From an archaeon (GTDB lineage: Archaea > Iainarchaeota > Iainarchaeia > Iainarchaeales > 1-14-0-10-31-34): a stretch of DNA of 64,000 bases. Of this stretch, positions 44,725 through 55,045 are shown in pieces (the first letter of the stretch is position 1; each line of letters begins with the position of its first letter). Where the stretch lies: assembly GCA_043815885.1 (NCBI GenBank), contig JBDRIL010000029.1, positions 3,249 through 67,248 of the forward strand. Reading direction: 5' to 3'. The position numbers and the translations under genes are program-made. Below the pieces are notes generated by a model, which ran no database searches, was not told the origin of the DNA, and saw nothing but the letters and a program-made list of their open reading frames with translations.

Positions 44725-45587
44725 AAATAGAATGGAATGAATTCTTGAAAAAATCAGCAGAGGAAAACAGGAATATTGTCTGCATGGGGATTGACCCGGT
44801 AATAGAAAAAATAGAGAAAGTAGCAAAAGGAAAAAATATTGAGGAAAGGTTATTCAATTTTTATTCTGAAATAATTGAGGAAGCAAAGAAAGAAGGAGTT
44901 TTGCCTGCAACAGTTAAACCCAATTATGCTTTTTTCGCGCAATACGGTTTTGAGGGAATGAAGGCATTAAAGAAATTAATAGAAAAATTTAAGGAAGAAG
45001 GAGTTCCAGTTATTTTTGACGGAAAGAGGGCAGACATTGGAAAGAGTTCTGCTGCTTACGCGAGAGAATTATTTGATTTCTGGGAGGCTGACTCCATTAC
45101 AGTCAATCCATTCATGGGCTCGGATTCAGTTGAACCATTCATTAAGTATTGTGAGGAAAAAGGGAAAGGAGTGCATCTATTAAACAGAACCTCCAATCCA
45201 GGAGCAAAGGATTTCCAGAATTTAATGGTTGAAGGAAAACCATTGTATCTGAAGGTATCAGAGAAAGTAATTGAATGGAGTGAAAACGCAAAAGGAAATT
45301 TGGGAGTGGTGATAGGAGCAACATCTCTGGATGAATTAAAGGAGATTGCCAAATTTTTTGTTGATTCAGGAAAAGAGATTCCATTGCTTATTCCCGGTGT
45401 TGGAGCACAAGGCGGAAGCGCAAGAGAAGTTACAGAGGCACTGAAAAAAAACAATTATGATTTGAGTTTAGTGAGGATTAATTCTTCAAGCGGAATAAAT
45501 TATGCTTTTGAGAAAAAGGATTCCAAAGATTTCAGCGGAGAGGCAGTGAAGGCATTAAAGGAATTAATTAAGGAAATAAATTACTGA
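44721..45587 (+). CDS. pyrF: orotidine-5'-phosphate decarboxylase (type 2)
   Basis: VCMGIDP and FDGKRADIGKS motifs. Confidence 0.8.
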   Translation: MKIEWNEFLKKSAEENRNIVCMGIDPVIEKIEKVAKGKNIEERLFNFYSEIIEEAKKEGVLPATVKPNYAFFAQYGFEGMKALKKLIEKFKEEGVPVIFDGKRADIGKSSAAYARELFDFWEADSITVNPFMGSDSVEPFIKYCEEKGKGVHLLNRTSNPGAKDFQNLMVEGKPLYLKVSEKVIEWSENAKGNLGVVIGATSLDELKEIAKFFVDSGKEIPLLIPGVGAQGGSAREVTEALKKNNYDLSLVRINSSSGINYAFEKKDSKDFSGEAVKALKELIKEINY

Positions 45588-45591
45588 TTTT

Positions 45592-47214
45592 GTGGGGGCA
45601 GGGAAAATGAAGGAGGAAAAAGGGACTGGTTCTGCATTAACGCTTAGAGCTCTCTTATTTGGAGCATTTCTTTCAATCATTGTTGCAAGCTATTCTGCCT
45701 ATGCAGGATTAAAGATTGGGGGGGTTTACTGGCCGATAGTCACTACCTCCCTTATTTCAATGGTTTTCTTTCTCTTTCTTGGAAAAACAAATGTAAATGA
45801 AATTAATGTTGCCCAGACAGCTGGAAGCGCTGGAGGACTGCTTGCAGCAGGAATCATCTTCACTATCCCGGCAATATGGATGTTGGGATTGGAGATAACT
45901 TTATTGGAAATATTCCTGATTTCATTGATTGGAGGAATTACCGGAATAATTTTTTCTATCCCTCTCAGAAAAAAAATGATTGAGGAAGACAAGCTTCCTT
46001 ATGCTGACGGAACCGCGGCAGCAGCACTGATTAAAGCAGGGGATGAGGGAGGAAAGAAAGCAAGAATTTTATTCTATGCATTTGGAATAGGGGCAGTTTT
46101 TTCTTTTATCAGGGATTTCCTGCAATGGATTCCTGCAGCAATTAATCTGGATATGATGAAAGCAGGAATAGCAAAAATATTTTCTTTTGGTTCAAGTGTT
46201 TCACTGATTCCTTTTGCAGGGGGATTCTTGATTGGGCCAAGGTTCACTGCTGCATGGTTTCTTGGAGCGATAATAACTTACTTCGTAATAATTCCTTATT
46301 ATGTTTCCACTGGATTGATTGCAGAAAAGTTTGCAGTACTGGCTGAAATTGCAAGGCCTTTGGGGGTGGGAATAGTTATTGGTTCAGCAATAATGTATTT
46401 CATTATCAAGGGAATTCCTTCCCTGAAGAAGCTGTTTTCAAGCTGGAAAGACGCAAAAACAGGAAAGCTTTCAGGAATTGCATTGATTTTCGCGGTTGGG
46501 ATCCTTACAATAATCACTAACATGAATCTTCCATTGGCGATTATTGCAATTGTCGGCGCATTCCTGATGGCCTTTGTTGGAGCTAGAGTAACTGGAGAAA
46601 TGAATGTCGATCCAATGGAGATATTTGCAATGATTGTACTGCTTATTGCAAAGATATTCTTTGGATTCAATGCAATCTATCTGGTAATGGTTGCAGCAGT
46701 GGTATGCATTGCAGCAGGAGTAGCAGGAGACCTGATGCAGGACCTAAAGACAGGATTCATTCTTAAAACAAAACCAGAACACCAGGTTATCGCACAACTT
46801 GTAGGAATAATTACTGCTTCCTGCGTAATCGGAATAGTTTTATTCGCAATAAAACCCTACGGTTTTGGAGGATTGGAATTTCCCGCGCCACAGGCAATAG
46901 CAGTAAGCGAAGTTTTGGGCCCTGCTTTCTTAAGCTTTCCTTTATTGGTTGGAGTGTTGTTGGGGATAATTGCTACACTCATTACTTCTTTGATTCTGAA
47001 AATGGGAATTATTCCAATTGCTTTTGGAATCGGATTGTATGTACCGATTGAATTGTCTCTTCCTTTATTCATTGGAGGAATGATTAGGCTGGTTGCTGAC
47101 AGGAAAAAAATAACTGAAAAGGCAAGGTTAGTTGCAGCAGGAGTGATTAGCGGAGAAGCATTAATCGGGGTAATAATTGCGATTGCCGGGCTTGTTGGGG
47201 GAATGCTTGCGTGA
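45592..47214 (+). CDS. OPT-family oligopeptide transporter
   Basis: 540 aa, about 16 TM helices, OPT-like N-terminus (GSALTLRALLFGAFLSIIVASYSAYAGLKIGG). Confidence 0.65.
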   Translation: MGAGKMKEEKGTGSALTLRALLFGAFLSIIVASYSAYAGLKIGGVYWPIVTTSLISMVFFLFLGKTNVNEINVAQTAGSAGGLLAAGIIFTIPAIWMLGLEITLLEIFLISLIGGITGIIFSIPLRKKMIEEDKLPYADGTAAAALIKAGDEGGKKARILFYAFGIGAVFSFIRDFLQWIPAAINLDMMKAGIAKIFSFGSSVSLIPFAGGFLIGPRFTAAWFLGAIITYFVIIPYYVSTGLIAEKFAVLAEIARPLGVGIVIGSAIMYFIIKGIPSLKKLFSSWKDAKTGKLSGIALIFAVGILTIITNMNLPLAIIAIVGAFLMAFVGARVTGEMNVDPMEIFAMIVLLIAKIFFGFNAIYLVMVAAVVCIAAGVAGDLMQDLKTGFILKTKPEHQVIAQLVGIITASCVIGIVLFAIKPYGFGGLEFPAPQAIAVSEVLGPAFLSFPLLVGVLLGIIATLITSLILKMGIIPIAFGIGLYVPIELSLPLFIGGMIRLVADRKKITEKARLVAAGVISGEALIGVIIAIAGLVGGMLA

Positions 47215-48017
47215 TTGGAATAGATTTCGGGGCTTCCTATATTGATTTAGTGCAATTTAAAGGAAAAAAATTAATCAGTAAGGTTTCCTTCAAAACAGAA
47301 AAGAATTCCTTCAATAAATTAAAGAAACTACTCAGAAGAAAGGAATTTGAAGGAGAAGAGGTATTTATTACCGGAGGGAAGGCGGGAGATAAACGAATTC
47401 TAAAATTGCTTAAAGGATTTAAAGTAGAAAGAGTGGATGAAATAAATGCAATTGGAGAGGGAGCAAGATTTCTCTCAAAAAAGAAGAATTTCCTTACAGT
47501 GAATATTGGAACTGGAACGCCTTTTGTTTTTGTTAAGGGAAAAAAAATAATTCATTTAGGCGGGACAGGCTTAGGCGGAGGAAGTTTAGAAGGATTAGGC
47601 AAGATTTTATTGAACAAGAGAGTGGAAGAATTGGAGGAAGTAGGAAGAAAAGGAAAACTGGAATTGGATTTAAAGGTAAAAGATATTATTGGAAAGGGAA
47701 TTGGAATAATTCCTGCTGATGCGACTGCAAGCAATTTCGGGAAAGCAATGAAAATAAAAGTAAAAAGAGAAGAAATTGCCTTGTGTTTGCTTAATTTAAT
47801 GGCAGAAGGAATTGGAGTAATGAGTGTGTTTGCTGCAAGAAGCAGTGGATGCAGTGAAATTGTTTTCACTGGGAGGGTTACCGCAAAAAACAAGTTCATC
47901 CGGGAAAGAATAAAAAAAGTAATGAAGCTGTTTAACAACAAAGGAGTCTTTCCTTCAAATGCTGAATATGCTACAGCAATTGGAGCTATTGTATCAAATA
48001 TGAAGAATTTATCTTAA
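47211..48017 (+). CDS. ASKHA-superfamily kinase/ATPase (pantothenate kinase / BadF-BcrA-like)
   Basis: MIGIDFGASYIDLV phosphate-1 motif and GGTGLGGGSL glycine loop. Confidence 0.5.
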   Translation: MIGIDFGASYIDLVQFKGKKLISKVSFKTEKNSFNKLKKLLRRKEFEGEEVFITGGKAGDKRILKLLKGFKVERVDEINAIGEGARFLSKKKNFLTVNIGTGTPFVFVKGKKIIHLGGTGLGGGSLEGLGKILLNKRVEELEEVGRKGKLELDLKVKDIIGKGIGIIPADATASNFGKAMKIKVKREEIALCLLNLMAEGIGVMSVFAARSSGCSEIVFTGRVTAKNKFIRERIKKVMKLFNNKGVFPSNAEYATAIGAIVSNMKNLS

Positions 48018-48138
48018 TTAAACAGAATTTTTATTCCGTTATTTTTTTCCTCGAATATATCCGTCTTTTTTTATTTTATCCATGGTTTTTTTTGGCAAAT
48101 CCTTTAGATGGTCTGGCGCTTTAGCCTTAGATTGAGTT

Positions 48139-48414
48139 CTATTTCCTCTTGCGTTTGGTCCTTTTGCCTTTTTCGTACAAACTTGCGGAATTGCCCACAG
48201 CCAACACACTTCCTGTAGAAACTTCTTCAGGTTTAGGCCACTCTCCTTTAAGCTTACGGCGGTCTATTCCTCTAACTTCAACTTTTTGGCCTCCAATATT
48301 CATAGTTGCCTCAAATTGAACAACTTTTTTTCTATTAGGACCTTTAACTACACGCAATGTATAGTTTCTTCTTTGGTTTCTTCTACCCTTAGGCCCAGGT
48401 CTTTTTGCCGGCAT
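48139..48414 (-). CDS. small basic protein (hypothetical; possibly RNA-binding)
   Basis: 91 aa, pI very high, KRKRK tail; no confident family. Confidence 0.35.
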   Translation of the reverse strand: MPAKRPGPKGRRNQRRNYTLRVVKGPNRKKVVQFEATMNIGGQKVEVRGIDRRKLKGEWPKPEEVSTGSVLAVGNSASLYEKGKRTKRKRK

Positions 48415-48523
48415 TCATTTATCACCTCTACTTAAAAGTAAAGGCTTTTCTAATATAAAAAAGGATTAGTCAGAAATAGCTTTTTAAATTAGAATAACGT
48501 ATTCTTTTTCAGAGGAGAGGAAA

Positions 48524-50044
48524 ATGGAGAAGTACGCTCAAAAGATGAAGGCAAAGCTGTTTGATATCAAGGCAGGAAAGTATATTTCCATAATCCATGA
48601 GATTGATGCAAAGGAATTAGGGATCTTTAAGCTTGACAGGATTGAAATATTTAACCCAAGGACAAGGAAAAGGATTGTAACTGTAGCGGATTTAACTGAT
48701 TCAGAGGTAAAAGAGAATGAGATTGGATTGTTTGATGATGTGAGAAGGGAATTGGGCGCAAGAGCAAAAGAGAAACTGATTATCAAGGCTGTTTGCCGCC
48801 CTAAAAGCGTTGAATTCATTAAAAAGAAGGTTGACGGAAATGCATTGAGCGAGGAAGAAATAATTGCGGTAGTGAATGACATCAATGACAATAAACTGAG
48901 TGAAATCGAAGCCTCAGCATTTCTTTCAGCCGTATTTATTCATGGATTTACCTTGAATGAAACTGTTGCAATGACTAAAGCAATAATAAAGAATGGAAGC
49001 AGGCTTTCCCTGGGAAAAAAACATGTTGTGGACAAGCACTGCATTGGAGGAATAAACGGAAGAAGCACAATGATTATTGTTCCAATAGTAGCTTCATGCG
49101 GATGCTTTATTCCAAAGACTTCTTCCCGTTCAATTACTTCTTCTGCCGGAACCGCAGATACAATGGAAGTGCTTGCCCCTGTCTCACTTTCAATTAAAAA
49201 AATAAAGAAAATAACCTCCAGGCTTGGAGGGGTTATTGCATGGGGCGGGGCAATTGATTTGGCTCCAGTGGATGACAAAATAATTCAGTTGGAACATCCA
49301 TTAATGCTTAATCCTCCGGAACAAATCATTGCATCAGTAATGGCAAAGAAGGCTTCAGTCGGGGCAAAGTATGTTGTAGTGGATATCCCTATCGGAAGAG
49401 AGGTAAAGATAAAGACAGTTGAAGAAGGGGAAGAAATGGCAAGGAAATTCATTGAAGTAGGAAAAAAATTTGGGATAAAAGTGGAAGTAATTTTAACCAA
49501 TGGAGAGAATCCAAGCGGAAGGGCTTTTGGGCCTGCACTGGAAGCAAAATACGTAATGGAGATACTGGAAGGAAAGTTTTTTGATGAGTTGGCTGAAAAG
49601 AGCTGCAGGCTGGCAGGAAGTCTATTGGAGTTAGCAGGAAAGGAAAAGAAAGGAAAGGGAATGAATAAGGCAAAAAAGACACTTCTTTCAGGAAAGGCTT
49701 TAAATAAGATGAGGGAAATCATTAAGGCGCAGGGAGGAAAGATTTTTTCCTCTGAACAGGTAAAGCTGAGCCCGCTAAAAGAAAAAGTTTATTCAAAGAG
49801 CGAGGGAGAAATAAAAAACATTAATGTAAAGACATTGAATGACATTGCAAAGATTGCTGGAGCGCCAGCACACAAGAAGGCAGGGGTAATGCTTTTTGTG
49901 GATGAAGGACAAATGATAAGAAAGGGAGACATATTGTTTGAGGTGTATGCAGAAAACAAGAGAAAACTGGAATTAGCGGTAAAAGCAGCAAAGGAAACAA
50001 AAGCAATTGAAATGGATGACACAATAATAGAGAAAATATGTTGA
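48524..50044 (+). CDS. AMP phosphorylase / thymidine phosphorylase family (DeoA-like)
   Basis: About 500 aa, archaeal AMPpase size; nucleoside phosphorylase family motifs HCIGGINGRST and SSRSITSSAGTADT. Confidence 0.75.
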   Translation: MEKYAQKMKAKLFDIKAGKYISIIHEIDAKELGIFKLDRIEIFNPRTRKRIVTVADLTDSEVKENEIGLFDDVRRELGARAKEKLIIKAVCRPKSVEFIKKKVDGNALSEEEIIAVVNDINDNKLSEIEASAFLSAVFIHGFTLNETVAMTKAIIKNGSRLSLGKKHVVDKHCIGGINGRSTMIIVPIVASCGCFIPKTSSRSITSSAGTADTMEVLAPVSLSIKKIKKITSRLGGVIAWGGAIDLAPVDDKIIQLEHPLMLNPPEQIIASVMAKKASVGAKYVVVDIPIGREVKIKTVEEGEEMARKFIEVGKKFGIKVEVILTNGENPSGRAFGPALEAKYVMEILEGKFFDELAEKSCRLAGSLLELAGKEKKGKGMNKAKKTLLSGKALNKMREIIKAQGGKIFSSEQVKLSPLKEKVYSKSEGEIKNINVKTLNDIAKIAGAPAHKKAGVMLFVDEGQMIRKGDILFEVYAENKRKLELAVKAAKETKAIEMDDTIIEKIC

Positions 50045-50045
50045 G

Positions 50046-50861
50046 TCATTCAATTAATTCATTGAATATTTCCACTAATTGCTTTGTTTCAAGCAAATAA
50101 ACCTTTTCTTCGCTTAATTCCAATCCATCTGATTTTTTTTCATTCAAATTCATTCTTTCTTTCAGGAACGGAAGGGAATTCCTTAATGCAGCAGAGAGAT
50201 TTTTTTTCTTGTAACGAAAAATGGTTTTAATGAATTCAGTAAAGAGTTGGTCGTCAATTGCTTCACCAAACCTTTTATTCCAATTCAATTTAATTATGGA
50301 GGAAGAAGTCGGAGGACAAGGATAAAAAGAGGAAGGAGAAATTCCCTCAATAAAAGACGTTTCACAGAAGTAATCATTCAGTACAGACAAGGCAATGTAT
50401 TCCCTGAAGCCGGGTTCGGCTGAAAGCTTTCCAGCGAATTCCCTCTGAAACAACATTACAGCTGAATCAAATTTGAGTTCATAGAGCTTAAACATTATAT
50501 CCGAAGAAATGTGGTACGGAGGAGAGGAAACAACCTTATTGAAGGAAGGAATTTCTTCTTTCAAGAAATCACCTTCAATTAAATTAATCCTGTCAGATTT
50601 TATCTCGTTTTTTAGTACTTCAGCTAATGTCTCGTCTCTTTCCACTGCAATTACTTTACAGCCTTTTTCAAGAATCTTTTTAGTCAAAAAACCTGTTCCA
50701 GCACCAATCTCTAAAACAATATCTTTCTCGTTTAGGCTTGCCTGTTCTACCATTTCATTCAATACATTTTCATTGATTAAGAAGTTCTGAGAGAGTTTCT
50801 TTTTGGATTTGAAATGATATTTTACTGAAAGATTGTTTAATTCATTCAATAAATCAGTCAT
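50046..50861 (-). CDS. ksgA: 16S rRNA (adenine1518/1519-N6)-dimethyltransferase
   Basis: SAM motif VLEIGAGTGFLT and NFLINEN; sits next to DUF655. Confidence 0.85.
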   Translation of the reverse strand: MTDLLNELNNLSVKYHFKSKKKLSQNFLINENVLNEMVEQASLNEKDIVLEIGAGTGFLTKKILEKGCKVIAVERDETLAEVLKNEIKSDRINLIEGDFLKEEIPSFNKVVSSPPYHISSDIMFKLYELKFDSAVMLFQREFAGKLSAEPGFREYIALSVLNDYFCETSFIEGISPSSFYPCPPTSSSIIKLNWNKRFGEAIDDQLFTEFIKTIFRYKKKNLSAALRNSLPFLKERMNLNEKKSDGLELSEEKVYLLETKQLVEIFNELIE

Positions 50862-50869
50862 AAAAAGAA

Positions 50870-51439
50870 TTAACGTCCCTTCCTGAATTCATCCTGCTTT
50901 GAGGGAGGCCTAACAAAAAGATAATGCTTTAGTGAAGGTTCCCCTAACTCAAGCATTATTCTCTTCACTAAGAGATTCACTGGATTAGGCATTAAATTCA
51001 CTCTCTTAGCCAATCCCTCAAAGGACTCAAATGGCTTCTTTTCTCTTTCCTTCAATATATTGAACATGTGCTTTTTCCCCAAACCAGGGAGAAGCTCTAA
51101 TTGATGCATTCTAATGGTTATCGGTCTAGCGTTATTAAAGAAATCAATGAATCTCTTTGGTTCAGAGAGAATGATTTTCTCTATTGCCTTCTCTATTTCA
51201 GCCATAGAATTATTGGTTAAGTCATCAAAGAAAATCCTTTTCTTAATGTACTGTACCTTGTCCCTTTCCTCTTTTCCAACATAAACTTCTTCTATTGTTT
51301 TTAAGGGAGACTTTGGGATTATTTCAAGTAAAGTAAAGAATTCCTTCCCAATAACCTGAGCAATTGGATCACTCTTAAAAGAACTGCTCTTTCCGCTAGG
51401 CAGGTAATCCAATACCACTGCTGTTTCTTCATTAGGCAT
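50870..51439 (-). CDS. DUF655-family HhH protein (conserved archaeal neighbour of ksgA)
   Basis: LPGLGKKHMFNILKEREKKPFESFEGL helix-hairpin-helix region; conserved gene order rpoF-L21e-DUF655-ksgA. Confidence 0.7.
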   Translation of the reverse strand: MPNEETAVVLDYLPSGKSSSFKSDPIAQVIGKEFFTLLEIIPKSPLKTIEEVYVGKEERDKVQYIKKRIFFDDLTNNSMAEIEKAIEKIILSEPKRFIDFFNNARPITIRMHQLELLPGLGKKHMFNILKEREKKPFESFEGLAKRVNLMPNPVNLLVKRIMLELGEPSLKHYLFVRPPSKQDEFRKGR

Positions 51440-51472
51440 AATGAATCAATTCCCCCCCTCTCTCCCATTAAT

Positions 51473-51847
51473 TTATTTCTTCTTTTTCTTTTTTATTTTT
51501 ACTACCTGGCTTCTATCATAATCTTTTTTAATCAATTTAATTATTTCATCGTGTTTTTCAACAGGAAGCTTTGAGCCTTTTGGAAGCATTAAAAGAAGCA
51601 ATTCCTTAGTATCAGGAAGAATATCAACTAACTTTATTGCTATCTCGTCATTTACTCCCTCTATTTTTTTTAGTTCCTGCAATAATTTTTCTGCCTTTGC
51701 CTTGGTTAAGTGAGAAAACTTTTCAGCATGCTTTAAGGTTAAACCTTGCTCATAGGAAAGCTCTCCTTCCTTTGCTCTCTCTCTCAATAATTCCTTTACT
51801 TCAACCAATGGAATGATTTTTTTGTCCAAAACCTTTTCTTCCATCAT
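51473..51847 (-). CDS. rpoF: DNA-directed RNA polymerase subunit Rpo4/F
   Basis: Rpb4-like helical protein (ELSYEQGLTLKHAEKF; IAIKLVDILP). Confidence 0.7.
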   Translation of the reverse strand: MMEEKVLDKKIIPLVEVKELLRERAKEGELSYEQGLTLKHAEKFSHLTKAKAEKLLQELKKIEGVNDEIAIKLVDILPDTKELLLLMLPKGSKLPVEKHDEIIKLIKKDYDRSQVVKIKKKKKK

Positions 51848-51862
51848 TTATTGCCACTTCCT

Positions 51863-52162
51863 TTAATTCGCTTCCTTTATAACCAATTTCTTTAAATGCA
51901 CTGGATGCACAATAACCCTCTTTCTCATGTTTCCGTCTTTAAGGGAAACAATATAACAGCTTCCTCTCCTTCGCTCAACCCTTCCAGTCTTTCCCTGAAA
52001 CCTGTGATGGGGCAAACCAGAATGAATAGCGCTATTGATGCTTATCTGGACTATATCCTCTTCATCAAATTCTTCCAGTAATTTATTCACTGTGGGCTTT
52101 CCTTTTCCTTTCATCTTATCTCTCTGCTTTGCTCTCTTTCCTTTTGCTTTTTTATTAGGCAT
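51863..52162 (-). CDS. rpl21e: ribosomal protein eL21
   Basis: GLPHHRFQGKTGRV and IVHPVHLKK resemble the L21e core. Confidence 0.8.
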   Translation of the reverse strand: MPNKKAKGKRAKQRDKMKGKGKPTVNKLLEEFDEEDIVQISINSAIHSGLPHHRFQGKTGRVERRRGSCYIVSLKDGNMRKRVIVHPVHLKKLVIKEAN

Positions 52163-52272
52163 AAAAATCCACCACCTATATCTAACTAAATCTAATCAAA
52201 CTAATAATCTACTACCCAGAAAAATGTTTAATAATGTATTCCTTAGAAGCCTAAGTATAAATTAGAGTGATT

Positions 52273-53562
52273 TTATTCGTATCTTAACGCTTCAACTGGT
52301 TTTAGTTTTGCTGCGGCTCTTGCAGGCATTACTCCTGAAACCATTCCGATTGCAGTGGATAAAACTATGGCAATTATGATTAGTTGAGGAGATACAAATG
52401 TATTTAATCCGCCCCTCATCATTGGCATTGCCATGATTCCAATCAATGATATTCCAACTGATACAAGTGTACCAAGTAATACTCCGATTAATCCCCCCAC
52501 CAAACCAAACAACCCTGACTCTATTATGAATAGCCTCAATATTTCGTTGTTTGTAGAACCCAATGCCTTCAGTATGCCTATCTCTCTTGTTTTTTCCAGT
52601 ACTGAAGTAAACATACTGTTTGCTACGCCTATTGCCCCAACAAGTAATGAAATTGCTGCAATTGCCCCCAGAAATAGTGTAAGTGTTCCTGTGATGGAAC
52701 TTACCTGTTCTTGAATTGCCTGAGTGGATGAAACAGTAAAATCCTGGGTTTGTTCGGTTACCCTTCTTGAAAGCATCAGTGATTCAGTGATTTCCTGAGT
52801 TACTTCTTCAGCCATTTCTGCATCAATTACCTTTACCTGAATTGAAGAAAAAGTGTCTTTATTTAAGTCTGTTACAGTCCAGGCACTATTCAGTGACATG
52901 TAAACTGTTGAATCAGAGTTACTGAAACTAAACCCTCCCCCACCGGTTCCTTCCAGGATTCCAACCACAGTAAAAGGCTTGTCTTCTATTGTTATTCTTC
53001 TCCCCAATGTAATTGGTTGCTTAAACATTTCATTGGCTATCCTGTCACCAATCACTACTGCCGTTAAATCGCTTGCAGTTAAGTATCTTCCTGAAGCAAG
53101 CTCCAGATTAGAGGTTTCCTTCCATGTATTTGGATTTACTCCCTGAATGCTGACAGAAGACTTTTCTGCCAGAAATACTAGTTCTCCTCTTCCAGAAACA
53201 ATTTCAGTTACATACAAAATATTTGGATTTCCACTGATTGTTACTGCATCCCTTTTTGTCAGTGTTGGATCTTCGGTTGAGGAGGAAGTAGTTTGAGCGT
53301 TATCCCTGCCTCCTGAAGACATGCCCCCCCGAAAAGCCCCTCCAAAAGCTCCTGCCTGGCTATATCCTGGGGTGACTGTTATCATGTCCGCCCCTAACCC
53401 AGAAAGACTTTCAGTTACACTTGCCTGGGCGCCCTCTCCAATTGAAATAATTGAAACAACTGCCGCAACACCAATAACGATTCCCAAAAGAGTCAACCAG
53501 GAACGAAGCCTTCTGTGGAGTATGCTGTTGAATGATAATTTGAAGGAGTTAGTTATATTCAA
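52273..53562 (-). CDS. ABC transporter permease, FtsX/MacB family
   Basis: N-terminal TM, large extracytoplasmic domain, three C-terminal TM helices with the FtsX signature (LKALGSTN). Confidence 0.8.
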   Translation of the reverse strand: MNITNSFKLSFNSILHRRLRSWLTLLGIVIGVAAVVSIISIGEGAQASVTESLSGLGADMITVTPGYSQAGAFGGAFRGGMSSGGRDNAQTTSSSTEDPTLTKRDAVTISGNPNILYVTEIVSGRGELVFLAEKSSVSIQGVNPNTWKETSNLELASGRYLTASDLTAVVIGDRIANEMFKQPITLGRRITIEDKPFTVVGILEGTGGGGFSFSNSDSTVYMSLNSAWTVTDLNKDTFSSIQVKVIDAEMAEEVTQEITESLMLSRRVTEQTQDFTVSSTQAIQEQVSSITGTLTLFLGAIAAISLLVGAIGVANSMFTSVLEKTREIGILKALGSTNNEILRLFIIESGLFGLVGGLIGVLLGTLVSVGISLIGIMAMPMMRGGLNTFVSPQLIIIAIVLSTAIGMVSGVMPARAAAKLKPVEALRYE

Positions 53563-53568
53563 TTTCAG

Positions 53569-55011
53569 TCACTTCTTTGGTTTTTTGAGGGAACTCATTC
53601 CTCCCCTAAAAAGTGAAGTGACTTGGCTTTTGTAAAAGAACCAAGCCAGCAAAAACAGTGAAACTACGCTTACAGCCAGTACTGCTATGAGGTCTGAACC
53701 CAGCAAAAATATCACTGCAAGGAATAAAATTGCTATTACTGCAAGTATTTTGGATAATTTTTTCCATTCCTTGTTTCCTGCCTTGAACTTATTAAAGGCA
53801 ATTGCACCGCCAACAATTAACACAAGCAAAATCCATGAAGCAAATGCAAATTCATTTGCAGAGGTTTTTTTAAGGCCACTCAACTGTGTATCGGAAGAAG
53901 CTGGAGTTAGCTGTACCTGTTTCTGAATGCTTTGCCTTTCTCCGGTTGTATCAGTATAATCTATCCCCAAAAGCAGAGTTCTTGCTTCTCTAATTCCTTC
54001 AAATGCATTGCTGTCTTGTGGGTTTTGCTGCATTCCTTGTCTGCCTCCAAACCCGCTTGTGTCTCCCTGCAATGAAGTGGTTCGCATCTGGAAATTCGCT
54101 AAAGTAAAGTCTCCTTTATTCAGGTTACCGAGTATTGCTGTATTGCTTCCGCTGATAGTTATTCCTTCCTGTTTCGGGATTCTTACAACCACTGCTCCTG
54201 CATTGTTTGAGCCAATGTTTGCAATACTGATTGAAAGCTGCCCAGTATTCATTATTTCTGCACTTACTTCAAAATCAGTTGCCCCTCCAATTATTAATCC
54301 TACCTGGGATTTTTGAGTTCTTATCCCACTGACATCAGTGAAAGCCATATTTATATCCAATGGATAGATTCCTGTTGTAATATTGGGGTCTGCAGCAACA
54401 ATGTATGAAACCTTTGCTTCTTGGTTTGGCTGTAAAACTGAAACATATCTCTTGTTGTCCGAACCTAAAGGAAGAACTAAATCATTTTTTTCTTTCCATG
54501 AAAAAGAAATATTTGATACTGCTGTACCGCCAATGTTTTTAATAGTGAAAAATAATTCTGTCTGGTTGCCTGGATTTATTACCTTGGGTTCAAGCCTTAC
54601 ATCAAGGTTCTTCTCTGTCTCTGAAACCGGAACCAGAATGCTTTGCGATTGTGTTATTGATTCTTCTACATCCCCTCTTTGATAATTCATTGTCAGAAAC
54701 AAAGGATAATAGCCGGGAAGAGTGTCCTCTTTTACCCTGAACTTGAAGATAAGGGTTTTAGTTGAACCTGCTTTCACCGAATCCACACTGTCATTTAAGT
54801 CTATTGGTTCAATTTGGTCGCTGACATCAAGAAAAGCTTCCAGGTTAACAATCGGGGTAACGGTTCCCTTGTTTTCAATGTCCACTACAAGACTTACAAC
54901 GTCTCCAGCATGAATTGTTGAAGGCAAAAAGCTTGTTCCACTGACTTCAATCAAGAAAGCCAAGTCAGCGTGGGCTGACTGAAATCCAATCAATCCAATC
55001 AAAAAAACCAA
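53569..55011 (-). CDS. large extracellular protein with signal peptide and C-terminal TM anchor, in the ABC operon
   Basis: 480 aa; beta-rich, T/S/N-rich repeats; two TM helices near the C-terminus. Confidence 0.5.
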   Translation of the reverse strand: MVFLIGLIGFQSAHADLAFLIEVSGTSFLPSTIHAGDVVSLVVDIENKGTVTPIVNLEAFLDVSDQIEPIDLNDSVDSVKAGSTKTLIFKFRVKEDTLPGYYPLFLTMNYQRGDVEESITQSQSILVPVSETEKNLDVRLEPKVINPGNQTELFFTIKNIGGTAVSNISFSWKEKNDLVLPLGSDNKRYVSVLQPNQEAKVSYIVAADPNITTGIYPLDINMAFTDVSGIRTQKSQVGLIIGGATDFEVSAEIMNTGQLSISIANIGSNNAGAVVVRIPKQEGITISGSNTAILGNLNKGDFTLANFQMRTTSLQGDTSGFGGRQGMQQNPQDSNAFEGIREARTLLLGIDYTDTTGERQSIQKQVQLTPASSDTQLSGLKKTSANEFAFASWILLVLIVGGAIAFNKFKAGNKEWKKLSKILAVIAILFLAVIFLLGSDLIAVLAVSVVSLFLLAWFFYKSQVTSLFRGGMSSLKKPKK

Positions 55012-55045
55012 CAGAATTGAACTAATTTCCTTTTTTTTTCATTTT